Made by a program: the position numbers and the translations under genes. Shown here piece after piece: positions 1-12,787 of a stretch of 64,000 nt of DNA. This DNA is from Selaginella moellendorffii. Its lineage: Eukaryota > Plantae > Lycopodiophyta. The notes below the pieces were generated by a model. The model saw nothing but the letters and a program-made list of their open reading frames with translations, was not told where the DNA came from and searched no databases. How positions within the stretch are numbered: the first letter of the stretch is position 1; each line of letters begins with the position of its first letter. The DNA lies in the NCBI RefSeq assembly GCF_000143415.4, contig NW_003314298.1, positions 665,014 to 729,013 on the forward strand, given 5' to 3'.

Positions 1-953
1 TTTTACTGTGGTTAACTCCAATTTTATTGTGGTCAACACACTTTAGTTAATTAAGAAACAATAGCATTAAGGACTGATTTTAGGTTTAGAATTTGTACAT
101 TTCACAATTTTTTAATCCACAATATTCAATGGGCCAACTTTTATGAATTTTGTGATTTATGAGCTGTGAGACAAAGGACGTTCATCCCTAGACAAATTTC
201 ATGCATGAGCACACCGCTTGATAGACACTCTTGTTGTGAAAGCACTCTACTTTTATATGTTGTATTTACTTTTAATTGGGAGACTTTGAGAGTAGTTGAA
301 TTTAAAATCAAAGTCTGGCATAGTTTTAATTGCATAACAAAACCAAGTCTCAATAAACAAGAAGAAAGAAATAAAAGTTTCCAATCCAACCTTCTTAACC
401 ATGGGAGTCCATGATCACAGCTTCCCTCAAATCGTTACTGCCATCACCGATCCAGAAAGATATCCATGGACGAATCCCTGAAACTCTTTGTCCACCTCTC
501 ACAAAGCCTCCCTTGCCCGTTGATTAGCATTGCCATTTTGAGGCTCTTAATCCAGATGGTCTTCACATGTTCTGTGAGTGTCGCTCACAGAAACAACTAT
601 ATAGGCTCACCTATCTAGTTGCTGTACCCCTTGATACCTTGAATCCCTGGCACTGCCGTTGGACGCCCGGTCTGGCATGCCTGGCAAATGTGAGACTGTG
701 AATCCCATGAGCCAAGTAGTGGATCATCTGGACCATCCAAATGCTGGTCTTCCATGTCATCTTCTGCTTCTAAGCCAGCTGATTTGCCTTCTGTTGTTGT
801 TTGCCTGTGTTACTCCAAGTTCTCTCCCATTTCTTCACTTTCTTCTTCTTTAGCATCTAAGTTTGCCTTCCTAATAACTCATCTGGTGGTGTGCTTTCAG
901 TGCTCACTGGTTGCATATCAACTTCTTCTCCTTCTTCTGTGCTGGAACTTTGC

Positions 954-1537
954 TGGCAGGGAGCTTCCCTAAGGTTGTTCCTAGGTATCATCTGGAACGT
1001 AGAGGAGCTGGACATGATTCTGTCTTTCCACAGCAGATTCTGCTAGACCATAAGAATGCGCTCTTCAAGCCTTCTTCAGCCATGAATGCGGAGTGGGATT
1101 TCAGTGAGCAAATATCCTCACTGAAATCCATGTTGTTTGCCTGTGTTACTCCAACTTCTCTCCCATTTCTTCACTTTCTTCTTCTTCAGCATCTACGTTT
1201 GCCTTCCTAATAACTCATCTGGTGGTGCACTTTCAGTGCTCACCGGTTGTCCAGTGCTTTTTCAACAGTTGGCCCGAGTACCAAGGCACACTTCATTGTT
1301 AGAGAGAGGTAAGCTGGCGCTAATGCCAACCAGGATTATCCAGCACGAAAAGACAGACGGTTACCTGATATATACTTCCATTGACAATGAAATCCCACTC
1401 CGCATTCATGGCTGAAGAAGGCTTAAAGAGCACATTCTTATGGTCTAACAGAATCTGCTGTGGAAAGACAGCCTCATGTCCAGCTCCTCTATGTTCCAGA
1501 TGATACCTTGGAACAACCTTAGGGAAGCTCCCTGCCA
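954..1537. repeat. 150-bp inverted repeat (954-1103 / 1388-1537) with ~285-bp spacer
   Basis: The left arm tggcagggagcttccctaagg...gggatttca is the near-exact reverse complement of 1388-1537. The same peptide (GSFPKVVPRYHLE..NAEWDF) appears in ORF 911..1210(+) and ORF 1320..1538(-). Confidence 0.9.
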
Positions 1538-1689
1538 AAACAGGTCCAAATTCCCCATCTTGTTGCAGTTCTTTGTACTGTAGCTTGCCACCCTTAGGAA
1601 TGAGTATGTTGCAAACAAAACTCTCTAACAGCTTTGCTTGGATATCCTAGATATCATTTGGTTGCTCCACCAACAAGAAACGTTTCAAT

Positions 1690-4600
1690 CTTGGTAATTA
1701 AGTGTTGAAATAACATGAATATAAAAAGTTGTATTTAAGTGTAATGGCACTTTAAAAGTAATTATAAGATTAGGACCTCATGAGACATCAGACTTGCAAA
1801 GTCTAAAAGCTGAATAATTTAATGGAGTTAAAAGATAATCTTAAAGGCTGAGATGTATTGTGCCTAATGGAGGATCATGAGATCTAAGTATGAAAATAAT
1901 GAATATCTTATTAATGGCAAAAGATGCCATATTAAAGTCAAGAAAAGGTGTTTATAGAAGAAAAAAAACTTTTGCAAAGAGTTGTGTGCAAACACAATAA
2001 AAAATAACAATTATAATTTTAACAAAAGACATAAACACAAGTGGAATATATTATGAAGATGGGCTCCTAAAGCCAATGGTGTGAAGACACTAAGTATTTC
2101 AAGGGAAAATGCCTTGAGATTAAATTGGCAAATTTATGAAAACCTTTTATTAATGAAACATTAATAGAAATAGGATTGGTATAACATAATCTAAAAATGT
2201 ATGGAATTTATATACTTTGACTAAATATTGATGGATGTTTGAAAACATTAGTAATGAGTTATATGACATAATAACTATGAAGCAACCAAGCAAAGGTTTG
2301 GAATAAATAGTTGGAATAGTAACTTTCTATTACTTTTTGTCAAACTAAAGAGGTTAGATACATTCCTTAAGAGATGCTTATGTCATAATATAGTAAGTCA
2401 ATATCATAATAGGAAATGCTCATTATTTGGGAAGTTACACTTTAAAACACCAAAGAAGTGATGTTTGATATTATGAGGGCATTAGATAAAGTCCAAGGGA
2501 GTAAGTCTTTAAAAAATAATGGATATGATATGCTATCCAAATCTCAAAGCTTATGGAAAGCTAAAGACAAGAGAGATTCATTTATTTTAAATGGACAAGG
2601 CTAAAAAGATTTTAGTATAATTAGCAATTGGTATATAAAGGCCTATAAGTAATAAATGTTAATTTTGGTGTATTAGATTGAGTAACCACTCCCTAAGTCA
2701 TTGAGTAGATTTATCCTTAAAAATACTTGTTAAGGCATGGCAAGAAGTGCAAAACTACCCATCTAGTATGGAGGAGAATAAGCAAAAAGAATATATAGAG
2801 CCAAAAGCATGTAGTAAAGAAATTATAAAAATAAAAAAAAAACCCAAGATGGTTATACAAATTGGGAATGAAGACCTGTATATGCTTGAAGGTTTTGATA
2901 TTTACAATAATGATGCTATGAGGAGTTTAAAGTATAAAACTATCCATATTAGATTGGATAGTGCATAAGAAACTTATAAAAAAAAAAGGCCTTAGCAAGC
3001 TAAGGGACAGAATCCCTTTAATATTTTAAAGACAATTCTAGGTTTTTTGATATTTAGAAAGATAAATGATTCATAGAAATATAAAAAATTAGAGTAGTGC
3101 AATAAAGGTGTGGTTTTGAAGCTTATCATAAAGTGAGGTTATTAAGGTTGGGGAACAGTTCCTATTTGTTCAAAGATATAGCTTTAAACGAAAGTTGGTA
3201 TTTGAGGACTTTCACATTTATGCATGGGACTATATTACACTAATTAGATGACTTGTTAAGTGGGATTGGCAAGTCAGAGGAACAATAATTCTAATTGAAG
3301 GTGTTAACTTCAAGAGGGGTGGCCCATGAAGCCAGGTATAAAAGAGTCCATGCATTATCATAAATTGATTAATTAATTTATTAAGTGAGAGAAAGGTTCC
3401 TACCAACATAAAAAGACATACTAAGCATTTTGGGTGATATCGTATGTAGATATATATACAGAGGTTAAGTTTAAGTCTCAACTCTCTAGTGCTTAGGTTC
3501 GAGTACCAACCTATGTAATGATGGTTTAGAATATGAGGATATTTATTTTTTAATGGTCATGGACTTTCAGTAAAGAGGTTGACTTAAACATACCACTAAA
3601 TGGGGAATGCCTTGAAGTCATGATGCATAGTTAAAGTGTTTAATGTGAAAATTCGACATATCTAACTTGAACATTCTAATACAAATGGCATTATGGATAT
3701 ATGTAAGCGACTAAATTTTCCATTCTACTTTAGTCACTTAATCACACCTTCGACCACTTAAAGGAGTCTCACTCATAACCTCCATAAGTTTTATTTTGGA
3801 CTTAGGAAGTTGCTAGCCCCAAAAATGGCATTCATGCCACTCAACCATTGCACTTGGTCCAAATGCTCCACAGGTCCGATCCCATGACCGACACCCCAAG
3901 GTACCACCAACATACCAGCTCGTTACACTAAGGCTATGTCTATTCACCTTGGTCACACCAGTGGTCCAACACCATTTGCATTGCAGTCCCATCTCTTAAA
4001 GACTGAGCCATCTGTCCATGAGTGACCATCTTAGGTCCACTCTTTAGCATCCTTAAGATGCCCATAGACATGGGGAACAACCTTCCCAAATATCCCTTTT
4101 ACAATCCCACTAAGTCCTTTTTTTATCCATGGCCGTGTTCGCCAATATTGCCACTGGGACAAAAGCCTATAGGCTTGACCATTAAGTCCCACTGTCCTCT
4201 AGGACTTCCTCACCACATGACTGTGTCATTGGTCACTACACCGGAGGACCACTCCTCTTCCTTTCTATAGTCTGGGATTTTGGGACAACATTTCAGAATA
4301 CCATGGCTTTATGTGAGCCTTATGGGTACTCTCCCCACCTTCTGCCTTTGGGTGCTCTAGCTATGGGCTTAGTGCGATATTCTATTGAGCCATGCCAGGT
4401 ATCCAAGTAGGTAGTGCCACTCATACTTGGACTGGGAGCATCAGCCATTCGATCTCCCGGGGGAACTAGAGTCGGCTCTTGAACACTTCATCAAGCTATC
4501 CTGCTTGTTAGTTCGTGTTCACTTTAGCCTTAAACTTCCTAGTGGTTATCCCATCACCCAACACCTAGGTATAGCCTTCCTGGGCTAAATTGGCCTTTCC

Positions 4601-7600
4601 TGGCCAAACTGGCTCCACTGGAATCCTCCCCCTACTATACTTTTGGAATTCACCAAACCCCCTAGGGTCTGGGAGATGAACACTTTGGGCTTTCACCCTT
4701 GGACTTGAACTCAGACTTGGACTCGGGCTTGGGCTCGGTCTTGTCCTCAGAGGTGGTCTCGGTCTCTGTCTCGGTCTTGGTCTCTGTCTCGACTTTGGAC
4801 TCCATCTCGGGTCCATCTCGGACTCTATCTTGGTCCATCTCGGACTCCATCTCAGGTCCATCTTGGACTCCATCTCAAGTCCATCTCGGACTCCATCTCG
4901 GGTCCATCTCGGACTCCATCTTAGACTCCATCTCGGACTCCATCTTAGACTCTATCTCGAGTCCATCTCGGACTCCATCTCAGACTCCATCTCAGGTCCA
5001 TCTCGGACTCCATCTTGGACTCCATCTCGGGTCCATCTCGGACTCCATCTCGGGTCTATCTTGCACTCCATCTGGGACTCTTTCATGTGTCATGTGTTGG
5101 TCCTCTTGTGTCCCTTTTTGAGAGACTCACTTATTGCTCGTTTTGTGCTTGTTCCTCGAGCATTTCGTTGAGAGTTCCCCTCCTGCTTTTGACTTTTCAA
5201 ATCGGAGCTTTTGGTCCAAACGTGTTATGCTTGTTCAGCTTTTGCTTCGACCACTACCACGTGGCACCCTTTTGGCTCCATTTTGGGGCTTAAGGATTTG
5301 TGTCTCACAATATAATGAATGAAATAGGACCATTCAATCTAGATTGTTATGGACCCTTAGCTGGAAGGGCTAGCTTGGACACACCACCAAGTATGGGTGG
5401 GGTTATAGTCAACAATTTAAAGCTTTGGCAAATTTAATATATATCCATAAACTTATTAAAGTATTTATGATAAATAATCAAGGAAAAACTTTTTGCTAGG
5501 TTAAGGAACGGTGTTCTTAGTTCAAAATAGTAATTTAAACAATGGTATAGTGTCACTTGATCATAATGACTAAGTGGGAAAGACAAATTATAGAATGGTA
5601 TTGTGAGTCTAAAAAAAAAAAAAATCTTTAAAAAAGGACTTATAGGAGGGTCATAAAATTAAGTTGTGGATAGTGCCCAAGTGGAGAATGTTATTGAGAT
5701 TTCATATGAGTGAACATCCCATAAACTTGGCAAAATTGAGATTTTGTTTATAAACTAAAAGGATACCTCAAAAATGAAAGTAGGGATTCTATGTTGTTTA
5801 GTGCAACAATCAATTGATAGGAGCAAAAGACTAATGGTTGAATCTAGTTAAGAATTACTTTATAGTGAATACTAATAGATTGTAGAAAAGGAAAATGTTT
5901 CCAAGAATGGGATTCCCAAATGCTTCAATTCAGCAAAAGCTAAAAGCTCTAAAATATAAAATAGCAAGATAGCTAAATGATAGGGCCATGAATAGCTTTA
6001 ACAAAAATTATGAATAAGTGGAATTTAATACCTAAAGTGACATGAAATAAAAGAAAGGATAATGGTGCTCTCAAGTAAAGAACTTTTTAGAATAGAATTT
6101 ATGCAATATGTGCAATACAAAGTGTTAAAGGCATATAAAAATTGACTTGAGAAGTTAATATTAAGGTTTTAAACTATGATGATTATGTTGATAGAAGCCC
6201 AAATTGCTCTAGAATGAGTATTAAAATTGAGATAGAGAAGTGTCTTTAATGGGTTTAGCAAGAACTAAATAAAAAAAAAGGGAAAGAACCACTACAAATG
6301 TCTTTAAGTTAAAGAAATTATTCTCCTTAAAGGATAGACAAGATATAATGATTAGTGCTAAACCATTAATGAATAGTGGCTTGGTGCAAAGGATGAAAAT
6401 GGTAATCCATGATGGGGTTATTGTATAAAATGGTTTATTGAGGACATTAAACTTTGTTTATACATGGTGGAATTGTAAAATATAAATCCCTAAGCCCCAA
6501 AGTGGAAGAAGTTGAACTCCCAAAGAAGTGCTTAAAGAAGTGCAAAACAACCGATGAGCAAATATCTAAAAAGGGACATAAGAAGGACCAATACATAATA
6601 GGTGTCATAACATATGGAAGTGTCAGGATTAAATCTAAGACTAAGTCTAAAGTTGCATCCAAAACTAAGCCTGAAACCAAGTCTAAGTCCATGTTTGAGA
6701 TGGAGGCCAAGACTAAGTCTGGGATGGAATCTAAGTCCAAGACTAAAACCAAGACTAAGACCGAAAGTGAGACCAAAATCAAGTCTAAGTCTAAATCTAA
6801 GTTTAAGTCTGAGTTCTGGTCCAAATCCAAGTTTGAAACTAAATCTGTATACTAATATGGATCATAGGGTGAAAGGTTAAAACAATTGTCCTTTGAAGGG
6901 GCTACAGGGGTTTTTAAAAGTGTAATAGAGAGAGTATCGGGGTGGATTATAATAGAATTAATTTGGTCAAGAAAGGCTAGTGTGACTAAGGAAAGTTACA
7001 CTCATATGGTGAGTGATGATATAACCACTGAAGTGTTTAAGGCTAGAGTGAACACATATGTATAAATAGAGTAATTTGGGGAAGTGTTCAAAGGCCAACT
7101 TTAACTTCCTCAAGAACTCAAATAGTTGATATTATTAATCCAAGTGTGGGTGGCACTACTTACTTAGATACTAATATGGCTTATAAGAACCTCACTCTAG
7201 CCACATGGTTAAAACACCTAGAGGCAGAAGGTGGGGAAGTACCCATGAGACTCATATAGAGCCATAATGTTTTGAAATGTCATCCCAAAGTCCCAAATTG
7301 TGGAAAGAAAGAAGAGCAATTTTCTTCTATAGTGACCAAAGGTATAATTATATGGTGAAGAAATTTTAGAAGTCAATGGGGTATAAACCTATTAGCAGTG
7401 TTAACGAGCACTACTGTGAATGAGAGTGGCCATCCCATGACCACAACTTAGCATCCTTAGGATGTTTGGAGATATAGGAACATTATTCCACTAAACCATT
7501 TATTTATAGATAATCATCTAATAACTACATTTTAGCATCCTTAAAATGCCCAAAGACATGAGGAACACCCTTTTCTAATATCTCTCATTCAATCCATACC

Positions 7601-7884
7601 AAATTCCTCCTATGGATGGATGGCTAAGTCTTTAGGAAATGAGATTGGTATATAAATGGTCTTGGACTATGAACTTAACCTTAGTGTAATAGGGTAATAT
7701 ATCAAGGATACCCTTGGATGTCTATAATGGGATTGAATATATAGAGCAATTAGACCAAGCGTAAAGGTGGTGTGACTTTGAGGTCACCCCTCGGGGCTAG
7801 TAAATCCCTAAATTAGGAAGAGTATCTATAGAGGTTTTGAGTGAGACTCTTTTATGGGGTGAAGAAGAAAATTAGTTGCTTACA
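1690..7884 (+). mobile_element. Old, AT-drifted, 5'-truncated copy of the LARD-like LTR element seen intact at 51184-58382 (opposite orientation)
   Basis: 1690-3701 and 5310-6480 align with the reverse complement of the internal region of the young copy. About 6480-7884 is a decayed LTR ending gaaaattagttgcttaca. Differences are mostly C>T and G>A. Confidence 0.75.
3702..5309 (-). mobile_element. Solo LTR of the same family nested in the old copy
   Basis: Termini TGTAAGCGA...TGTCTCACA, 5-bp TSD ATATA at 3697-3701 and 5310-5314, and an internal ggactccatctc tandem array. The host sequence is continuous across the insertion. Confidence 0.85.
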
Positions 7885-7899
7885 CATTACTATTAACAA

Positions 7900-8860
7900 C
7901 CCAACCTAACAAAATCAATATATTTTCATCAATAGTTTTGATGGTATTGGTAAAACATTTATTATTAACATTCTTATATACACATTACAACTTTTAAACA
8001 AAAATATAGTTAATATGGTCAACACTTTACTTATTGCATTTAAACTTTATGTTCCAATAAATGAAACTTTTATGTTTTCTATTACTATTAATAGTGAAGC
8101 ATGCCAAAAAATTACGAATGCACATGTTTCAATATGAGATGAAATTAGTATGGTTCACACACATGCATTTTCTGCCATTAATATAAAATTAAAAAATATA
8201 AAAGAACTAAATTACCTTTTAGAGAAATAATTATTATTACAAGTGGTGACTGTAGACAAATATTATTAGTTATTCCACATGGTCATCAAGCATAAATTAT
8301 TTTAAATTCAATAAAAATGAATATGTTATGGCAATTTTTTAGAACACTTTCTCTAAAAAAATGAGTCTAATTGAAAATAACTTTTCATAGGCTGAATGGC
8401 TTATTCAAATTGGAAATGGTGATTATTACTTGAACTTAACAATATTATCTTTAAGACATTTTAGAACCAAATATGGCATCTATTAGAGTCAATAAATGAT
8501 GATATTTTTCCCATTAATAATGCTATAATCTCTTCATTATCAAGTGATATACATATTTATGAAAGTATTAACTTTATTGATATTAAACACCCAGAAGATT
8601 TTCTAGTTGAATTCCTAAATTTCATCATGCCTTCTAGTCTTCCACCACTTAAAGAAAGTGTTATCCTTATTTTATTAAGAAATATATATCCATTTATTAG
8701 ACTATGTAATAGTATATGCTTCATCCATAAATATGTTTTACCAACAGTTCTAGACTGTAAAATTATGTTGGGCAAATTCAAAGGCACACAAGTTTTCATC
8801 CCTTAAATCATATTCACACCAGAAATTTCATATAAAATGTCTAAAAGACAATTTCCAATT
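7900..8860 (+). pseudogene. Helitron PIF1-type helicase remnant
   Basis: Degenerate PIF1 motifs in the expected order: DGIGKTFI (7940), DEISMVH, SGDCRQILLVIP, ILLRNI..LCN, KRQFPI. Many stops and frameshifts. Confidence 0.75.
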
Positions 8861-10523
8861 TTTTAGGGGTATTGCTAGTGCTAAGGAAGTCATTTGACCA
8901 AGTTGGGATACACTTGCACGTTTAGGCTTTATCAAGATGCACATCACTAGTTAGACTAAGCATTAGAGTACAAACTTGTGAGTTCATGAATTTAGATTTC
9001 TTAGGAGGTCATTTAGCCCAAAATTATGAACTCTTAAATTTGCTTTCATAAATAGAAGTTAAAAGTTAAACTTCTCTCTAGAGTCTTGAGTTTGTTAACA
9101 CTCTACCCCTCGAGTTGAGCTTAGCTAGAGGCAAATTATACCTACCAACTTTTAATTTCAACATGTTATGTGATTTTGTTAATTAAAATGTGATATCTTG
9201 AATTTGGATTTTTTGGAAGGTCAACTAACCCAATGTTATTTAAACCTAAATATGCTTAACCCCAAATATTTCAATACCCTTAAAAAATGGGGTGCACTCT
9301 TGTTTATGGGTCTATATTTAAACTCATATTATATTGATGGTGAAAATAAGCAATAGTTGTTCTTGGAGTGACATATTTTTATAAGTAACCAATGAGAGAA
9401 TAAAAAGGTTTTATATTAAATTTTTCCTAAGAAGTCACCCAACATAATACTATTCAAACTCAAGGACAATTAACCTTAAGTATCCCAACACATTTAACAA
9501 ATTTGAATAAAGTGCACTGTTATTTATGAGTCCTTTCTTTTTATATTTGAACCTTTATGAATTGTTTATCAAATAGTTCCTTTTAATTGCTTATACACTA
9601 ATTTCTATTGAGTTTGATTCTTGCTCCCAAATTTAATATAGCTAATGTTGTTACTTTAAAGAGTAGTATTATGATTTCAAATATCACAAATTTGTAATTT
9701 AGCGTTGAGCATAAATTTTAAATTACATATATCAAGGGGAACATAGATTCCATCTTTGGCTTTGGGAAGTCACTCTACAAAGTAAGCAAAAATTATCTTT
9801 AACTTTTCAAATGAAATGTTGATCTCTTTCTCATATATGTAATCTTATATCAAATTCCAATGCAACAACTAATGGATCCTTTATAGTAGAAGGAAAATCT
9901 ACCCTCATTGCCAACGTTGAGTAGAAATTTTTGAGTTAAGTTTAATAAACAAGACAAAAAAGCTTAACCTCACATAGATTACTCTTTTTGAGGTAAGTCG
10001 TTAAGCATTAAAGGGGGTGGAGTGGGTGTGGCTAACCCCCTGCCACGTAAGTCCCTCCCGGAGAATGCTCTCTCAAATGCTGAGATACAGGCGTCAATTC
10101 CACCAGCGAATTCCAGGCGCCGGTGAGATTCATCCCTGGAATCGATCCATGTGCGGGATCGCCGGTGGGAGCGCGCAATCCATACCTCGCGCTCATTCAT
10201 TCCTGGAATCGATGGATCGCATCCCTCTTGTAGCTTTTTTGGCCAGCCTTTGGAGATCCCTAGCTGGTCGAGAACTTTGGAGCTTAACTCCTAGTGTTTT
10301 AGCGTGATAGAATCGTTATTTTGATCTTGAGAGAATGCTTCTGGCATTGTCTACCAAGAACTAGTTTTTGACAAATAGACCTCAGTGATTTAGCTGGGAA
10401 CTTGATCACTAGCTGGAAAACACTCGCAGCTTTTAACCTTACCTCGCAATAGTTTGATCTTGAGAGAATGTTCTTTATCTGCCAAGAACAAAAACTAGTT
10501 TTTGACAAACGTACCACAGTGAT

Positions 10524-11880
10524 CTAGGAGCTCGGAACTTGGTCACTGAGTTCTCTGTTGAGATAGTCGGCAAACATTCGCTTGGCGCTGATACTGTCCG
10601 ACGGTGGCGGTGGACCTGAGAGGCTCGACTGTCCTGCGAGCCGGATGAAAGTTCTTCGGTGGCGGCGGAGCTCTGGGAGGCCGATTCGTTTTTGCAACCT
10701 GATGTTCCAAGGAGTCAAGGAGAATTTGGAGTTTGATCGTCGAGAACAAAGAAGGAACAAAGGATATCTTCGGCAATCCTTCTCCAATATCCACGAGTGA
10801 GCCAAGTTCTTGCGTTTGAGACTCGACGAGAGCGTTGATCACGTCCTGGGAAAACAGTGGTGTGGCTAATAGAAAGAATGGTTTTCTTGCAGGTACCTGA
10901 GTGGCACGATCAAGCTCGTATAGCGAGTTTGTCTCGGAAATCCGTGCCTGCAGCGAAGCTACTTCATCAGTTGTGCTCAAACGTATTTTTGTGTTTTACT
11001 TAACAGTTTGAGTAGCAATTGTTGGCTGGAGTATCCGAGAAACTTTTCTCCCTTTCTCGTTTCCAGTGAGAAACGCAACGGCCTCTACAATTGGTGTAGA
11101 CGATTCTGTAAACTCCCCTGCAAGGAAGCCTGTGATCGAAACCGAAGAACAAGAAAGAAAAGAGAGTACCTTCAGATGGTCTCAACTCGAACAGTGGCGT
11201 ATCCCAACGATTCCTTCTATCAGGACGCTCAAACCTTCGAACCAAGTCGTCAAATCTGTTTCATAAATCTCCCATGCTTATGGTCATCCAAAGTGTGACA
11301 GCTTACATTTTATCATCATAGCAAGGATCGCCCCGATCAAACTTCGACTTATTCCAGCTCCGGCAATCATCTTCACCTGCGTCACAGTAGATCTAGAAAG
11401 CCTTAACTCGTCAAGTAGAATAAAAGAACGAAAGAAAAACCAACCACGCAGTATTGGACTCCAGCAGCACGGGCCAAGCACCAAAGCTCGTATCTATATC
11501 CCTGTTCTTGCAAGAACAATTGAGAAAAACTTTCAAAAGCTTTGAGCACTTTTCTTACCTTGATATTGTTGAGTGAATCAATGACGACAATCACCTCCTT
11601 GGTGACCGCGCGATCCACAGCCGATCTCAGCAGTCCTCGCAAGTTCTTCTCGTGAAACATATCTCAAATTCCCACAAAGAAGATCGTGACCACATTGTAG
11701 AACAAACACGAATGGTTCTCACTCACCTTGATAACTCTCGTTTCGATCCAACCCCAGCGACGTCTCATCGATGAGCTTCACCGCGTGTGGCAAGCTCGCA
11801 GCTTCAAGGCCGCGGATGAGGCTGGCGGCCGCCGCCGATTTGCCGCTGCAGGGCTGCCCACACATCACAACCAGCGCCAT
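10524..11880 (-). CDS. KTI12: KTI12/DRL1 Elongator-associated P-loop protein (multi-exon)
   Basis: ATG at 11880 gives MALVVMCGQPCSGKS (P-loop). Later exons give DSLNNIKG-YRYELWCLARA, RRFERPDRRNRWDTPLF, TNSLYELDRATQ and LPELRRHRRTFI...RMFADYLN. Short GT-AG introns. Confidence 0.93.
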
Positions 11881-12138
11881 TCCAGAAAAGCCCTAAATTT
11901 TCGTCCCAAACGTCTTTCAAGATGCCCATACCGGGCATTTGCTGGATAGCTTGCGAGTTTGCGAAATAAGTTCTTGTGTGTTCGCCAAACGAGAGTTGGG
12001 TTTTTTCGCAGAGAATGTTTTGTTTCTCCAGATGCCCATGGCAAAGGTTTTGGATGAACTTTTGAGCTTTCAAATCGATTTCAAAGCCTGGTTTCGAGAT
12101 GCCGAAGATGGGCATTTGTTTGAGCTAAGAAATCTCGC

Positions 12139-12225
12139 GTTGGGTCAGAAGCAGCCTCTAAAGTTTGGTCTCTACACAGCGTTTCAGACAATGTAGGTAA
12201 GGTTCTAAGCTTCATCACACCCAAC
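12139..12225 (-). ncRNA. Box C/D snoRNA, U34/snR62-like
   Basis: Terminal stem gttggg/cccaac, C box GTGATGA, D' CTGA and D CTGA. The 15-nt guide CCTTACCTACATTGT is complementary to 25S ACAAUGUAGGUAAGG, and the +5 rule hits the U equivalent to yeast Um1888. A second element AGAGGCTG matches the nearby 25S CAGCCUCU. Confidence 0.88.
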
Positions 12226-12260
12226 CCACTACGAAAAAAGCTAGAAAAAAAAGAGAAGGG

Positions 12261-12365
12261 GGCGAATCAGATCGATCTGGCTTTAGCTGCCCTCGAGGGA
12301 CAGCCAACAAGATTTTGCCGAATCAGTGTCGATCATACGGGGAAAGATTAGACATCACCTTCGCC
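12261..12365 (-). ncRNA. Box C/D snoRNA, snR190/SNORD12-like, copy B
   Basis: Stem ggcgaa/ttcgcc, C-like GTGATGT and terminal CTGA. Guide TCTTTCCCCG ahead of D'-like ATGA is complementary to 25S CGGGGAAAGA; the +5 rule gives the third G (yeast G2395 equivalent). Confidence 0.78.
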
Positions 12366-12421
12366 GCTTTTCCACAAGGAAAATGAAAAAAGAGAAGAGA
12401 CAAGCAAGACGCGATGAACAA

Positions 12422-12523
12422 GGAATCAGAGTATTCTGGCTTCGAACGCCCCAGAGGGGCCGTTCAATAAGAAAATCGCCGAATCAGTGTCGGTCATACG
12501 GGGAAAGATCAGCATCATCTTCC
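12422..12523 (-). ncRNA. Box C/D snoRNA, snR190/SNORD12-like, copy A
   Basis: Paralogue of 12261-12365. It keeps ATGATG, TCTTTCCCCGTATGA.CGACACTGATTCGGC, AAGCCAGA and terminal CTGA with a ggaa/ttcc stem, while the middle hairpin has diverged. Confidence 0.78.
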
Positions 12524-12715
12524 ATCGCAGAAGAAAACCTAGAGAACTAGACTGCACACCCTAGCCTCGCACAGCTTCTTATCGTGGAGTGACCTAAGAT
12601 CGGACGGGCCGCATTTGTGACATCTCATCCATACCGTCGAAAATGTGAGGGTTCGAATCCGGGCAAATTTGTCTAACATTTACAAAGTTTACCAGGACAA
12701 GCTACATGTGGTCAA

Positions 12716-12787
12716 GTCGTTGTAGTATAGTGGTAAGTATTTCCGCCTGTCACGCGGACGACCCGGGTTCGATCCCCGGCAACGGCG
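12716..12787 (+). tRNA. tRNA-Asp (anticodon GTC)
   Basis: GTCGTTGTAGTATAGTGGTAAGTATTTCCGCCTGTCACGCGGACGACCCGGGTTCGATCCCCGGCAACGGCG folds as a cloverleaf with A and B boxes. CAA lies upstream and T-runs downstream. Confidence 0.97.

Noticed and set aside
1-414. Possible Helitron Rep motif (RVVEFKIKVWH)
   Set aside because: Too degenerate to support, although compatible with the PIF1 remnant at 7.9 kb.
949-970. tttgctggcagggagcttccct resembles miR159/319
   Set aside because: Too many mismatches in the 5' half, and it lies in a duplicated coding-like fragment.
11940-12118. Hairpins between the snoRNAs and KTI12 as a possible H/ACA RNA
   Set aside because: A stem atgcccat/atgggcat is present, but there is no convincing ACA box or target.
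11939-12550. ORFs 11939..12196 and 12326..12550 on the + strand
   Set aside because: They are antisense to the snoRNA cluster and have no recognisable domain.
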